A stretch of 56,312 bases of DNA, from IMG/VR virus record IMGVR_UViG_3300031539_000037. One strand, 5' to 3'. This document shows positions 34,964 through 44,289 of this stretch, in pieces. The stretch comes from a virus. The notes beneath the pieces were generated by a model. The model worked only from the letters and a program-made list of their open reading frames with translations, searched no databases and was not told the origin of the DNA. Made by a program: the position numbers and the translations under genes. Within the stretch, counting starts at the first letter, position 1, and each line of letters starts with the position of its first letter.

Positions 34964-35470
34964 TTAATCAATAGCCGTTTGTAAAATATCTTGCGGATAT
35001 CTTGGCTCACTTAGGATTGCAATAACACAACCTATCTGTGCAGCAGCAGCAGTTGTATCTACTATATCTAAAGCACAGTGGTCAAAATTAGCACCTGCAG
35101 CAGCCACAACAGCGGCATCCACCTCGATTATAGCCATTCCACCCACCACAGAGGCAATCGTCGGAAATCCGGCGACGGTTGCATTAGTTAATGTAGTTGG
35201 CACATCCGAACCTACACCGGGAACAGCAGCGGCTGCCTGAGTTCTATATTTGAATGTTATTGGGGTTGCACAAACTAAATTGGAAACTCCAGCGAATACC
35301 CTTACTGTTTGAACAGCGATAGAGGTAGCCCCCGTTATAATTATAAAGGTGCATTTCTTGTAATTCTCCATGTGAACTATATCAGTAACTACTCCAGCAC
35401 CAGTAGCAAAAGCATCCGCAACCGGTATTAAAACATTGACTACTTTGTTTCTCTCACTCCATGTATACAT
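34964..35470 (-). CDS. Capsid-module protein (possible decoration/cement protein)
   Basis: 168 aa, Ala/Val/Thr-rich, directly downstream of the major capsid gene. Confidence 0.4.
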   Translation of the reverse strand: MYTWSERNKVVNVLIPVADAFATGAGVVTDIVHMENYKKCTFIIITGATSIAVQTVRVFAGVSNLVCATPITFKYRTQAAAAVPGVGSDVPTTLTNATVAGFPTIASVVGGMAIIEVDAAVVAAAGANFDHCALDIVDTTAAAAQIGCVIAILSEPRYPQDILQTAID

Positions 35471-35509
35471 TTATATCATCTCCTTTCGATAATATTTTAT
35501 TTATTTATT

Positions 35510-36691
35510 TTATGGTCTGCCTGCTAATGCAACGTAAGGGCTTCTGGTAGTAACTGCGTCTGCGGCTAATACGCCAGCATTCCATATTGGCTGACCGTCT
35601 ATGCGTAATACAAACCTGAATACCTGTTCGTCAGTCATAAAGGCTACATGAATAGAACTTGCAGACTGTATCCCACCGGCTCTTTCAACAAGGATATACT
35701 GACTCATATCGGCAAAGATTATATCTCCGACAGCACCAAGTGCAGGGCATTGCTCGATAGGTTGAATCGGTCTACCGAATAAAGTTCCATGAGGAGCATT
35801 GACAAATCCGCCAGCAGGTAAATATACCGGCAGTCCGCCTAATCCTGCAGGAACGAACATCCGCATTAATTGGGGTTCTACATCCTGATTGATATACCAT
35901 TTGGCATTGGTTCTATTTTTGGCAGGCATCAAATTCCACATACCCATTACATTTTCCGCTACAACGGTAGTAATAGGCTGTAAAGGTTCTGCGGCTTGCT
36001 GCACTAATCCACCGCCAAGTAAGATACCTAGAGGCATTCCTGCTCCGGTTCCGTTGATTATGGCATCGTCAATTCTCCATCCAAATTCGTCTGCAAATAA
36101 TTTCGACACAATAGCCTCTAATGCAGTAGCATCTTCCAATAATTCATCGGTAGCATAGTATGCGCCGATATGCTTATTGAGTTTCAAATCTATTTGTCTG
36201 AGGCTTGGTCTGGATGCTACTTTAGTTCCGGCTTCACATAACCAGTAAGTGCATAATGCACCACTTCTGACTCCGGTAACTCTGGAAACTTCATTAATGG
36301 CATTTATGATTAATCTGTTGCTGGAAATAGGAACTTTCCAACAATCTCTGGTTACGATACCAGTTTCATAAGTCTGTGTTAATAATTGCTTTGAAAACTC
36401 CGGTGCAACTAAGAATCCGCCCTGTGCTCCAACACCTTCATTCATTCCCAGTTGTTTCTCTTGTTTATCAAAAACCTCATAAACCAATCTTGGATCTTTA
36501 ATGTGTCTAGTCTCTACTCTTGCTACAGCCTGTAATTGCTCACCAAAAGATTTCCATGTTGGTTCGGGGTTATTTTTATCCCCGTCATCACTGACAGGTC
36601 TATCATTCGGATTAATTTTCACTAGTTCTTTTAGTTTTTCATCAATTGTCGTTTTAATCATCGCTACTAATTCATCGGGTGTAAGTTTCAT
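35510..36691 (-). CDS. Major capsid protein, HK97 family
   Basis: 393 aa with an N-terminal delta-like helix and a typical HK97-fold core (NGTGAGMPLGIL...). It follows the prohead protease. Confidence 0.85.
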   Translation of the reverse strand: MKLTPDELVAMIKTTIDEKLKELVKINPNDRPVSDDGDKNNPEPTWKSFGEQLQAVARVETRHIKDPRLVYEVFDKQEKQLGMNEGVGAQGGFLVAPEFSKQLLTQTYETGIVTRDCWKVPISSNRLIINAINEVSRVTGVRSGALCTYWLCEAGTKVASRPSLRQIDLKLNKHIGAYYATDELLEDATALEAIVSKLFADEFGWRIDDAIINGTGAGMPLGILLGGGLVQQAAEPLQPITTVVAENVMGMWNLMPAKNRTNAKWYINQDVEPQLMRMFVPAGLGGLPVYLPAGGFVNAPHGTLFGRPIQPIEQCPALGAVGDIIFADMSQYILVERAGGIQSASSIHVAFMTDEQVFRFVLRIDGQPIWNAGVLAADAVTTRSPYVALAGRP

Positions 36692-36698
36692 TTTAAAA

Positions 36699-38216
36699 TC
36701 ACTTCCTTTCGTTTTTTTTGTCGATTCTACCTACCACAAAATCAAACTTGCTATCTATCATGTCTTTAATAATTGCTTCGTCTACTTCAAATGTATCTTC
36801 GTCTTTTTCTTCGACTATCGGTGGATCGTCTACTGTATCAGTTCCTAAATCTATTACTATATTGTCCTCTATAACTTCTTTGGTATCCTCAATCTCCAAG
36901 CTATCTTCTACTATGGGTTCGGCAGAATCCAGTACATTTTGAATTTTATTCTGGGCATCCTTTAAGTCCTGTTTATTCCTTTTATTCAAGACTGCCCCAG
37001 CTTTCAATTCGAGTTCTTTATTTTCTTTTTCTAATTTATCGACCTTCTCTTTTAATTCTTTGTTTTCTTTAATAACCTCACTTACATTTAAAGCTAGAAT
37101 CATATCTTCTAAACTTTTTATTAAAGCATCATATTCTTTGTTATCTTTTCCCTTAATAACCTCATCAGCATCAGAGCCTTCACCCTTCTCTTCTTTTTCC
37201 TCTGTAAGAAAAGGCTCATCTAAATCAATATCTTCATATTCTTTGTTATGGTCCTTAACCCATTGTCTTGCAGACTCCAATGTCCACCCTTTAGACTTGT
37301 CAAATATGAATTTCTGTGTTTTAGTCGAACCTTGCGGATCGGATTTGAGCTTTCCGATTACTGCTTTGATTCCTTTCTTGGCATCTATGTCAATCGTTCT
37401 GAATGAATCCTTTACAAAATCCCCTGCTGACCTTACCGGGATGTGTATAAATGCTTCGGTTTCTTCGGGCTTGAGAACTATTTCTTTTTCTAATTCTTTG
37501 TTAATTACATAACTATTTTCTTCTGTTAAATAACCACTCTTTTCATCAGTCACATAACCGCCTTCTTTTATCTCTTCATCTAATTCAAATAATTCATCAG
37601 ATTGCTTTTCTTCCTCTATTGCCTTTTCATCTATCTTTTCATTAATAATTTCATCCTCTATCTCAATAAATCCAGCTTCCTTCAATGTATCAATATTGAT
37701 ACCTTTAGCCATCATGTTAGTTAAGGCCTCTGGATTAGAAGGAACAGTACAACCCGAATATTCCAATAATTCAGAAGTTTTTATTCGTTTGCCTCTCCTG
37801 ATATGATCTTCTTCATCTTTTCCTTTTTCATCTTCAATATCCTCAGTTTTCATAGGTATAAATCCGATACTCCAGGCTCGCATAAATTTATCCTTGTAGA
37901 GTCTATAAACTGTGTCAGCAAGCGGATAGACACCTTCATCCGGAAATACCACATCCGAAGTAATACCATTATCAGTTTTCTTTATATTTTCAGCTCTCGC
38001 AATAGGTAATCCCCTATAATCATGGGCCATAAGCACCACAGGATTTTTCCTATAATTAGTCAAACTTATTCCTTTTGGCTCGACTATATCGCCATCCCTA
38101 TCCACAGTATTAGTGGTAATGGTAACGTTTAAAACACGTCTACCCTTGTCCTCAACTACCTTTGTCTCTGCCTCATAAGTCTTTATCATTATTTCTTCTG
38201 GCATTAATTTATTCAC
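36699..38216 (-). CDS. HK97-type prohead protease fused to a long acidic coiled-coil (scaffold-like) region
   Basis: 505 aa. The first ~165 aa match the S78 protease pattern (DRDGDIV...NPVVLMAHD...WSIGF...SGCTVPSNPEA). The remainder is E/K/D-rich. Confidence 0.75.
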   Translation of the reverse strand: MNKLMPEEIMIKTYEAETKVVEDKGRRVLNVTITTNTVDRDGDIVEPKGISLTNYRKNPVVLMAHDYRGLPIARAENIKKTDNGITSDVVFPDEGVYPLADTVYRLYKDKFMRAWSIGFIPMKTEDIEDEKGKDEEDHIRRGKRIKTSELLEYSGCTVPSNPEALTNMMAKGINIDTLKEAGFIEIEDEIINEKIDEKAIEEEKQSDELFELDEEIKEGGYVTDEKSGYLTEENSYVINKELEKEIVLKPEETEAFIHIPVRSAGDFVKDSFRTIDIDAKKGIKAVIGKLKSDPQGSTKTQKFIFDKSKGWTLESARQWVKDHNKEYEDIDLDEPFLTEEKEEKGEGSDADEVIKGKDNKEYDALIKSLEDMILALNVSEVIKENKELKEKVDKLEKENKELELKAGAVLNKRNKQDLKDAQNKIQNVLDSAEPIVEDSLEIEDTKEVIEDNIVIDLGTDTVDDPPIVEEKDEDTFEVDEAIIKDMIDSKFDFVVGRIDKKNERK

Positions 38217-38229
38217 CTCACTTTCTTTA

Positions 38230-38472
38230 TTATTTATTTATTAATCTTGGGTCTGCTTTTGGTAAGGGTCTGATTTTGTATTTAGTACCGATACAGTAAT
38301 CACCAAAAAAACGACCTTTATGATCTTTGTATTCTTCACTAATATAATTTTGTTCTTTAAAGTTGCATCTATTAGATTTTGTACAATGTTGTGTATTAAA
38401 ATACATTGGTTTAAAATCCTCACAATCTTGACCGGGTTTTGTTTTTTCTGTTTCTTTCACTTTAAAAGCCAT
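38230..38472 (-). CDS. Hypothetical Cys-containing small protein
   Basis: 80 aa with an SD upstream. Confidence 0.45.
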   Translation of the reverse strand: MAFKVKETEKTKPGQDCEDFKPMYFNTQHCTKSNRCNFKEQNYISEEYKDHKGRFFGDYCIGTKYKIRPLPKADPRLINK

Positions 38473-38492
38473 CTTTCTCTCCTTTCATATAT

Positions 38493-38540
38493 AAAAAAAG
38501 AGCCATCAAGAAGTCTGTTTCAACTTCTTAAAATGGCTCT
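38493..38540 (-). terminator. Intrinsic terminator after the Vsr-like endonuclease gene
   Basis: Minus strand: AGAGCCAT..AAGAAGT-TGAAACAG-ACTTCTT..ATGGCTCT (composite stem) followed by T7. Confidence 0.75.
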
Positions 38541-38587
38541 CTAGGAACTCTTGGGTTATTCGGTTTTAGTTAAATGTTTACTCTATA

Positions 38588-39307
38588 TCATATATATTCT
38601 AATATTCTCTTTATACATTCATCGGGGTTCTTATTTATTTCTTTTTCCCATAAATGTAAAACTTTATAGCCTTCTTCTTCTAAAAATAATGTTTGCCTTT
38701 TATCTCTTTCCTTTACTTTAGGTAAATTGTGCCAATAGTCTCCATCAACTTCTATAATTAAATTAGGTTTAATAAAAAAGTCTGCTACCCCTAATTGATA
38801 TTTAAATTGACATATAAATGATATTTTATTTTCTATTAAATAATTAGCTAATTTCTTTTCAATATTACTCGGATTATTTCGATGAGATGTTGTATAACAG
38901 CCCAAACATCTTCGGGAACAGAAATGACGTTCATACATTTTAATTTTTGCTGGTTTTTCTCTATATGTCTTTCCACAATAATCACAGGTAATATCTGATT
39001 TATTATATAATGGATGTTCCTCTCCTGTTATTCTTCTTTTGCTTTCATTTAAACATTCCTGACTGCAATATTTAGAACTTTCATATCTACTTAATATTAT
39101 AGGATATATATTTCCACAAATAATACATTCCTTAGTTAAATTTGTTTTATTCCAGGGTTTAGGCATTAAGCCTTTTGTATTCTTATTCCAAGGAATATTA
39201 CCTTTTTTTACTCCACTATTACTTAATTGAGGATAATCTTCTTTTGTTTTACCTTCACACCAAGTCTTATGACCTTTTTTAAATCTACCATCATTTATTT
39301 TTATCAT
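38588..39307 (-). CDS. Homing-endonuclease-like protein (NUMOD3-like repeats, zinc fingers, Vsr/DUF559 nuclease domain)
   Basis: 239 aa with GNIPWNK repeats and several CxxC pairs. C-terminal ADFFIKPNLIIEVDGDYWH...GYKVLHLWEKEI. Confidence 0.7.
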   Translation of the reverse strand: MIKINDGRFKKGHKTWCEGKTKEDYPQLSNSGVKKGNIPWNKNTKGLMPKPWNKTNLTKECIICGNIYPIILSRYESSKYCSQECLNESKRRITGEEHPLYNKSDITCDYCGKTYREKPAKIKMYERHFCSRRCLGCYTTSHRNNPSNIEKKLANYLIENKISFICQFKYQLGVADFFIKPNLIIEVDGDYWHNLPKVKERDKRQTLFLEEEGYKVLHLWEKEINKNPDECIKRILEYI

Positions 39308-39309
39308 TA

Positions 39310-41322
39310 TTATTTATCCAAGACAGGCAAAATTACACATCTACATTGAACGTGATTTGGAGGTGCGTCTACCCCACTACTAAAATTTTCATCTAATCCA
39401 ACAATCTCTTTATGCATAGCTGAACATTCCTCGCAAGTTCGTTCATCAAGGGCACAATACCATTCCTTTTTTTTAACTACTTCACTTTGCCTATAAGCCT
39501 CTATTGCTCCTTTATTACTTGCAGATAAAATTTCAGTTCTTGCTATCCTTGTAGCCCTGAATCCCTTGGCATCCTCGTAGACCGCCTTGACCCTGCTGGC
39601 AAGTTTGGGTATGCTTTCCCCTGATTCAATCCCTTCAATTAAAGTCTTTCTTAATAAATCTTTGGTAGTGTCGGCTATGCCTTTAATAGAATTACCGCAC
39701 CGCTTTTTAATCCATGCTACTACTTTGGGATTGGTTACATCGAAGCTACCCTCTACCCCCAACTCTATAAAACTTTCAGTGCCATTCAACCTTAATGTCT
39801 CGGTAATTCTGGGCAAGACAAATTCTATAAACTTGGCAATTTCTCTTTCATCGTGGGTGATCCGTAGTACATCGTCAACATCTTTTTCAACGATTGACTT
39901 GCCTTTCCGTAAAGCCCTTAAAGCCTCTATCTCCTGTTCCTGAAATAATTTGGTTATTCCCCTTCTAAACTCATTCTCCAAAGGGGTAACTCGCCTGATA
40001 AATGCTTTCCAGTAATTCTCTTTATATTCCTCTGTTATTTTTTTTTTATGTACTTCCCTTAAATCTTCCGTAAATTCTGCCATTTTTTCAGGTGATAGTT
40101 CTACAGTTGGTTTTTTATCACCGGATAATGGCATAACATTAAAAGGCACAAGCGGGACTTTTCCCCATTCTGCCTCATCCATTCCATCTTCAACCCTAGC
40201 CTCATTAGGTGATATTACCCAATTCTTTAAATTGCTTTCCCTTTTCTTTAATAGAAATTCCTCATCTTCGGGAATGGGATTATCAAACTCGCAATGCAGG
40301 CCATCCTCTTTATATAGCGGAATCAGGAAAGTATTGAAAATCTCGGAAATCCTAATTAATCGCGGTAAGATACATTCCCGGTTCCAGGCTGTATCAAGCG
40401 CCTGCATGTTGGCCAAGTTAGTATTCTCAGGATGGGATAGCTTTTGAGGCGGGGTATGATAGGCACTGGCCAACTGCCTCATGGTCCATTCGGCAAGCAG
40501 CATAAACTCCATGTCCTTGTTGGATATGCCGATATTCTTATATTTCAATCCACCGGTTAACACCCCGGTCTTATGTGCTTTGGCAGCACCGCCGTAAGTC
40601 TCTTCAAATAATGCCAATATCTTGTTGGCCTGATCCGGCTTTATAGTCAAATCAGATTCCAATACTCCCTTCAGATGTGCCCCATTCTTGAATACGTTCA
40701 ACTGGTAAATCATATTATACTTATCGGTATCATAAGCATAGGCTTTTCTTTGGACCGGGCTTGCGCCTCTGTATGGATCGGAAGGATTAGAATAATGAAA
40801 AAATAAAATATCTTCGCGGGGATAGATAATCTCATGCATCCCTTCCCGGTATTTATAGCTCTCAATCATTCCCTTGCTTACTTTTGGAGTCATCTTTTCG
40901 GGACTCCTGAAGTAAAATTCTCTCGGTATGCCCAGCCTGTCTTTCAGCATTAATATATAGCATTCCCCGGTCAAGTCTTGATAAATTGAAATAAATTCTT
41001 TGCCCATAAATTGGGTGGTGTCGGGATTGAAATGCTTTAATAGGTCATAGAAGGGGTGTTCCTCGATTAGCTCGTCATCTTTGTTGTAAAGCCTTAAAGG
41101 GATTGAAGCGATCCTTTCGGCAATTAATGAGATGCAGTCCCCGGTCCATCCTGAATATGCCTTAATCTGCTCTGAAGTATTGCGGTAAGTATTATCACTA
41201 TAAGAATTGGACTCACTGCCAGGCCAGTAACGAGGGTCGTTGATTCTTGAGGTTTCACTTGACTTAAATAAATTAATGTCAATATTGAATCTTCTCTTGG
41301 CAAATTGTATATCTAGTTTTAT
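39310..41322 (-). CDS. Portal protein (HK97-type) fused to a Mu F / SPP1 gp7-like head-morphogenesis domain; the start is non-canonical
   Basis: The ORF track starts at the ATG at 41007. The same frame stays open to 41334 and encodes a portal-like N-terminus (AYSGWTGDCISLIAERIASIPLRLY..HPFYDLLKHFNPDTT). The C-terminus ends PPNHVQCRCVILPV. There is no ATG/GTG/TTG upstream; an ATA at 41320-41322 lies 7 nt after AGGGGG. Confidence 0.65.
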   Translation of the reverse strand: MKLDIQFAKRRFNIDINLFKSSETSRINDPRYWPGSESNSYSDNTYRNTSEQIKAYSGWTGDCISLIAERIASIPLRLYNKDDELIEEHPFYDLLKHFNPDTTQFMGKEFISIYQDLTGECYILMLKDRLGIPREFYFRSPEKMTPKVSKGMIESYKYREGMHEIIYPREDILFFHYSNPSDPYRGASPVQRKAYAYDTDKYNMIYQLNVFKNGAHLKGVLESDLTIKPDQANKILALFEETYGGAAKAHKTGVLTGGLKYKNIGISNKDMEFMLLAEWTMRQLASAYHTPPQKLSHPENTNLANMQALDTAWNRECILPRLIRISEIFNTFLIPLYKEDGLHCEFDNPIPEDEEFLLKKRESNLKNWVISPNEARVEDGMDEAEWGKVPLVPFNVMPLSGDKKPTVELSPEKMAEFTEDLREVHKKKITEEYKENYWKAFIRRVTPLENEFRRGITKLFQEQEIEALRALRKGKSIVEKDVDDVLRITHDEREIAKFIEFVLPRITETLRLNGTESFIELGVEGSFDVTNPKVVAWIKKRCGNSIKGIADTTKDLLRKTLIEGIESGESIPKLASRVKAVYEDAKGFRATRIARTEILSASNKGAIEAYRQSEVVKKKEWYCALDERTCEECSAMHKEIVGLDENFSSGVDAPPNHVQCRCVILPVLDK

Positions 41323-42182
41323 AATATCACCCCCTTATTCATTCTCAACATATAATCTTCTTCACTATTTCCCCAATATCCCATCGTAAACATTCCATTA
41401 ATTATGTTTTCATTAGGCAATAATAATCCAGTTTTATCATAAATTCTTGACCTAATGTTAAAATATGCCCATTTCTTTCCTTCTTTGCTATGTATCCTAT
41501 CATGACATTTTTCACACAATGTTATTCCATTATTTATATCCCATAACAATTTACATTTTATAGCTGCCTGAAAATCTATTATTTCAAAATATTGTATTAT
41601 TTTAGAAAAAGATATTATATGATGAGAATTAAGATTGTGTCCTTTATTATTTCCACATATTTGGCAAGTATAATTATCTCTTTTATACACTTTTCTTCTC
41701 CACTCATCATATTTTCTATAACTTCTAATTTTAATCATTAATGGAGTTATCCCACCTTTCCAATTATGATTATTTAAACCTGCTACTTGAGGAAATTTAT
41801 TATTTTTATTCCAAGGGTTCCCCCCATTTTCGTAAAATCTTTTCTGACCCTCAAGAAATTTTTGAACATTTTTCATTACCCTAATATCATTATCTCTTCT
41901 TAAACCTTTATTCCAAGGAATATGACCTTTTCTAAACACTTGGGAATTCCTACCCATTTTTTCTAATGTTTCTTTAGAATATACTCCTATTTTCCCTTTA
42001 TTCCAGGGGATATGACCTTTATTTGTTTCAGATAAAGAACGAATGGGAATATTATATTTTTTGAGCCAATATAATATCGTTTTGGAGTTTACTCTTGATA
42101 ATTTTCCAATCTTTACTGTCGATAATTTATCTACAATATATTTTTGGTATAACCATTCTTTATTCCTATACAATTTTCCCAA
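41319..42182 (-). CDS. HNH homing endonuclease with NUMOD3-like repeats (free-standing, between terL and portal)
   Basis: 287 aa with a TTG start. Repeats KGHIPWNKG. C-terminal CQICG..HNLNSHHI...NGITLCEKCH. It is a paralogue of 53627-54376. Confidence 0.8.
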   Translation of the reverse strand: MGKLYRNKEWLYQKYIVDKLSTVKIGKLSRVNSKTILYWLKKYNIPIRSLSETNKGHIPWNKGKIGVYSKETLEKMGRNSQVFRKGHIPWNKGLRRDNDIRVMKNVQKFLEGQKRFYENGGNPWNKNNKFPQVAGLNNHNWKGGITPLMIKIRSYRKYDEWRRKVYKRDNYTCQICGNNKGHNLNSHHIISFSKIIQYFEIIDFQAAIKCKLLWDINNGITLCEKCHDRIHSKEGKKWAYFNIRSRIYDKTGLLLPNENIINGMFTMGYWGNSEEDYMLRMNKGVIL

Positions 42183-42202
42183 TATTTAATTCTCCTTTCA
42201 AA

Positions 42203-42252
42203 ATAAAAAAAGCCAAAAACAAAATCGGTCAAGATTTCATTCTTGGCTTTCT
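42203..42252 (-). terminator. Intrinsic terminator between terL and the HNH cassette
   Basis: Minus strand: AGCCAAGAA...TTTTTGGCT (9 bp including one G-U) with an inner AAATC/GATTT helix, followed by a T-run. Confidence 0.6.
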
Positions 42253-42403
42253 GGAAGCTCACAAATTATATATTCACATTCAGTTTATTACCTTATCACA
42301 CTTTTTATTATATGTCAAGAATTATTTTCAATTATTTTTAAACAGTGTTGCCGGTATAGCCCGCACTCTGCATTTGGCTATCTCGATATATTCCTTCTCG
42401 TTA

Positions 42404-43717
42404 TCAATCATCTGCCCTCCCGCTTGAAACAAAGAAACCAGGCTGAACCATCATATAATAAGCCGTATACATTACCATGCGAATACAATCCATTGCATGA
42501 TCCATTCCCTTCTCCGGCTCTTCTACAATATTGCCTTCCCTGTCTTTCATTCTCTGATAGCTTTCAATCTCAGCTTTAACCTTTACACTTCTTTTGGTTA
42601 TCTTAATTCTAAATTGCTGTACATAGTCAATCCCTGCCTTGACTGATCCTTTGCCCTTATTGCAGGGCTGGATATAGGGGAAGCCATTTTCCTCATAGGC
42701 TATTTCTAATTTGCCGGTTTCTTTATTGATTCTTTCTTCTTTGTAATACCAAGTTTCCAATTCTTTTATTTTTTCCGGTGCTTCGCTGTCGGCTATTATT
42801 GTAAGATTATTCAATTTCTTCCCATTCATATCTTTAGCCAACTCCGGTATAGTCTGCCGGGTCTTATAAGATAACTCATCTACATAAATTATCTTTTCTT
42901 CCATATCTACTACGGTTTTTAATAGGCATTGTGGATTGATATACCCAAAATCAAGCCCCAAGGTCGGCTCATCATCCGGGAACTCATTATCTTCTATTAA
43001 TTCCCAGTTAGTATAGATAGCATTCTCCAACATGCCATATTGGCCTAAGGTAAATACAGTTCTCATATTGCCGGTATAGCCTTCCAATAATTTCTTGTAG
43101 GCCAAATCTTCCTTGATATAAATATTGTCTTTGTAGGTAGTGGTTAGTATAGTAATATCTTCTTTTTCTTCTTCGGTCAGGCCAGAGAAAAAACGTTTAT
43201 AAGTCCAGTTGCTTTTCAGGATAGGATTGTAGGTTAATATAATCTGCATGTAAGTATGGAATATTCCTCGCAGTCTCCGGTCTAATTCCTCAAAATCCTT
43301 CAAGTATAATTCGGTGGCTTCTTCTATCCATATCCCAGTTATACGTTCAATCGATTTTAATTTTTCCTCTTTATCTAATCCTTTAAATAATATCTCATTC
43401 CCATTGCTTCTAAAGGTGATAGTCATGCTGGCTTCATTAATCTTAAATTCATCCCATAGATCCCATTTAAGAATATAATCTTTAAATAACTGAAATACTG
43501 ATGTCCTGATAGTATCCTTGACTTTCCTGATAATTAAAAAACGATGGCGTTCTTCAGTCATTATTCTATGCAGTATCTTCTGACAGACAAAATGTGATTT
43601 ACCTGCCCCGGCTCCACCCTTTAAGATCAGATATCTTTTCTGATTATAGAGCAATGGAATATATACAGGATTTAGAACATTTTCAAATTGACTTAAATCA
43701 ATTACAGTTTCTTGCAT
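42404..43717 (-). CDS. terL: Terminase large subunit
   Basis: 437 aa with Walker A LKGGAGAGKSHF. The layout resembles PBSX/Terminase_3 family members. Confidence 0.85.
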   Translation of the reverse strand: MQETVIDLSQFENVLNPVYIPLLYNQKRYLILKGGAGAGKSHFVCQKILHRIMTEERHRFLIIRKVKDTIRTSVFQLFKDYILKWDLWDEFKINEASMTITFRSNGNEILFKGLDKEEKLKSIERITGIWIEEATELYLKDFEELDRRLRGIFHTYMQIILTYNPILKSNWTYKRFFSGLTEEEKEDITILTTTYKDNIYIKEDLAYKKLLEGYTGNMRTVFTLGQYGMLENAIYTNWELIEDNEFPDDEPTLGLDFGYINPQCLLKTVVDMEEKIIYVDELSYKTRQTIPELAKDMNGKKLNNLTIIADSEAPEKIKELETWYYKEERINKETGKLEIAYEENGFPYIQPCNKGKGSVKAGIDYVQQFRIKITKRSVKVKAEIESYQRMKDREGNIVEEPEKGMDHAMDCIRMVMYTAYYMMVQPGFFVSSGRADD

Positions 43718-44187
43718 TCTTCCTCTTCATCTTTCTTCTTGCCTATAATAATAACTTTCCTGGTTTCTTCAATTTTATGCTTTTCTGCTGGATACTTGTC
43801 TTTCAACTTATAGGCCATATCTAGATACTTGACTCTGACGTTATAGTCAGGCACATCAATAAATTCTATATTCTTGGAATTGGCATCAGGCAAATCTCCT
43901 GTGCTTGGATTCGCTGCTTTCGGTGGTATAGGGATAACTGATATAACTTTGGTAGAATCTAAACCTTCTTTTAATTTTTGGTGCAATTGAACATCATTCA
44001 ATCCCATTTTGTCTAAAAGCTCAGAAACTGAAATGTTAACTTTCTGTAACCATCGATAGCCTAAAACACGTGCTGATTCTTCTTTGCAATTTGGACTAAT
44101 TGCAATATATGCCTGAGTAGCATTCCCACCACTTTCAACATAGGCCTTTATAAATTTTCTTTCCTTTAGTGTTCTTTTTGATATCAT
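43702..44187 (-). CDS. terS: Terminase small subunit
   Basis: About 161 aa from the ATG 6 nt after GAGGAG. N-terminal KERKFIKAYVESGGNATQAYI (TerS HTH pattern). It overlaps the terL start. Confidence 0.75.
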   Translation of the reverse strand: MISKRTLKERKFIKAYVESGGNATQAYIAISPNCKEESARVLGYRWLQKVNISVSELLDKMGLNDVQLHQKLKEGLDSTKVISVIPIPPKAANPSTGDLPDANSKNIEFIDVPDYNVRVKYLDMAYKLKDKYPAEKHKIEETRKVIIIGKKKDEEEECKKL

Positions 44188-44200
44188 AATCATCTCCTCA

Positions 44201-44252
44201 AATAAAAATAGCCAATCCAAAAAAGCAATTTCTGCTTTTAAGAACTGGCTAT
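44201..44252 (-). terminator. Nested-hairpin terminator just upstream of terS
   Basis: Outer stem ATAGCCA/TGGCTAT and inner stem AAAAGCA/TGCTTTT, followed by TTTTTATTT on the minus strand. Confidence 0.55.
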
Positions 44253-44289
44253 CTAGTAGCTCTATATTTAATTATAAATTATTAATTTA

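Noticed and set aside
41319-42403. The idea that the terL-portal HNH cassette is a group I intron splitting the portal gene, which would explain the missing portal start
   Set aside because: The only candidate upstream exon, a 12-codon ATG ORF at about 42340-42375, has no portal-like sequence. The HNH stop lies only about 3 nt from the proposed portal start, leaving no room for 3' intron core elements. This cannot be fully excluded without a covariance-model search.
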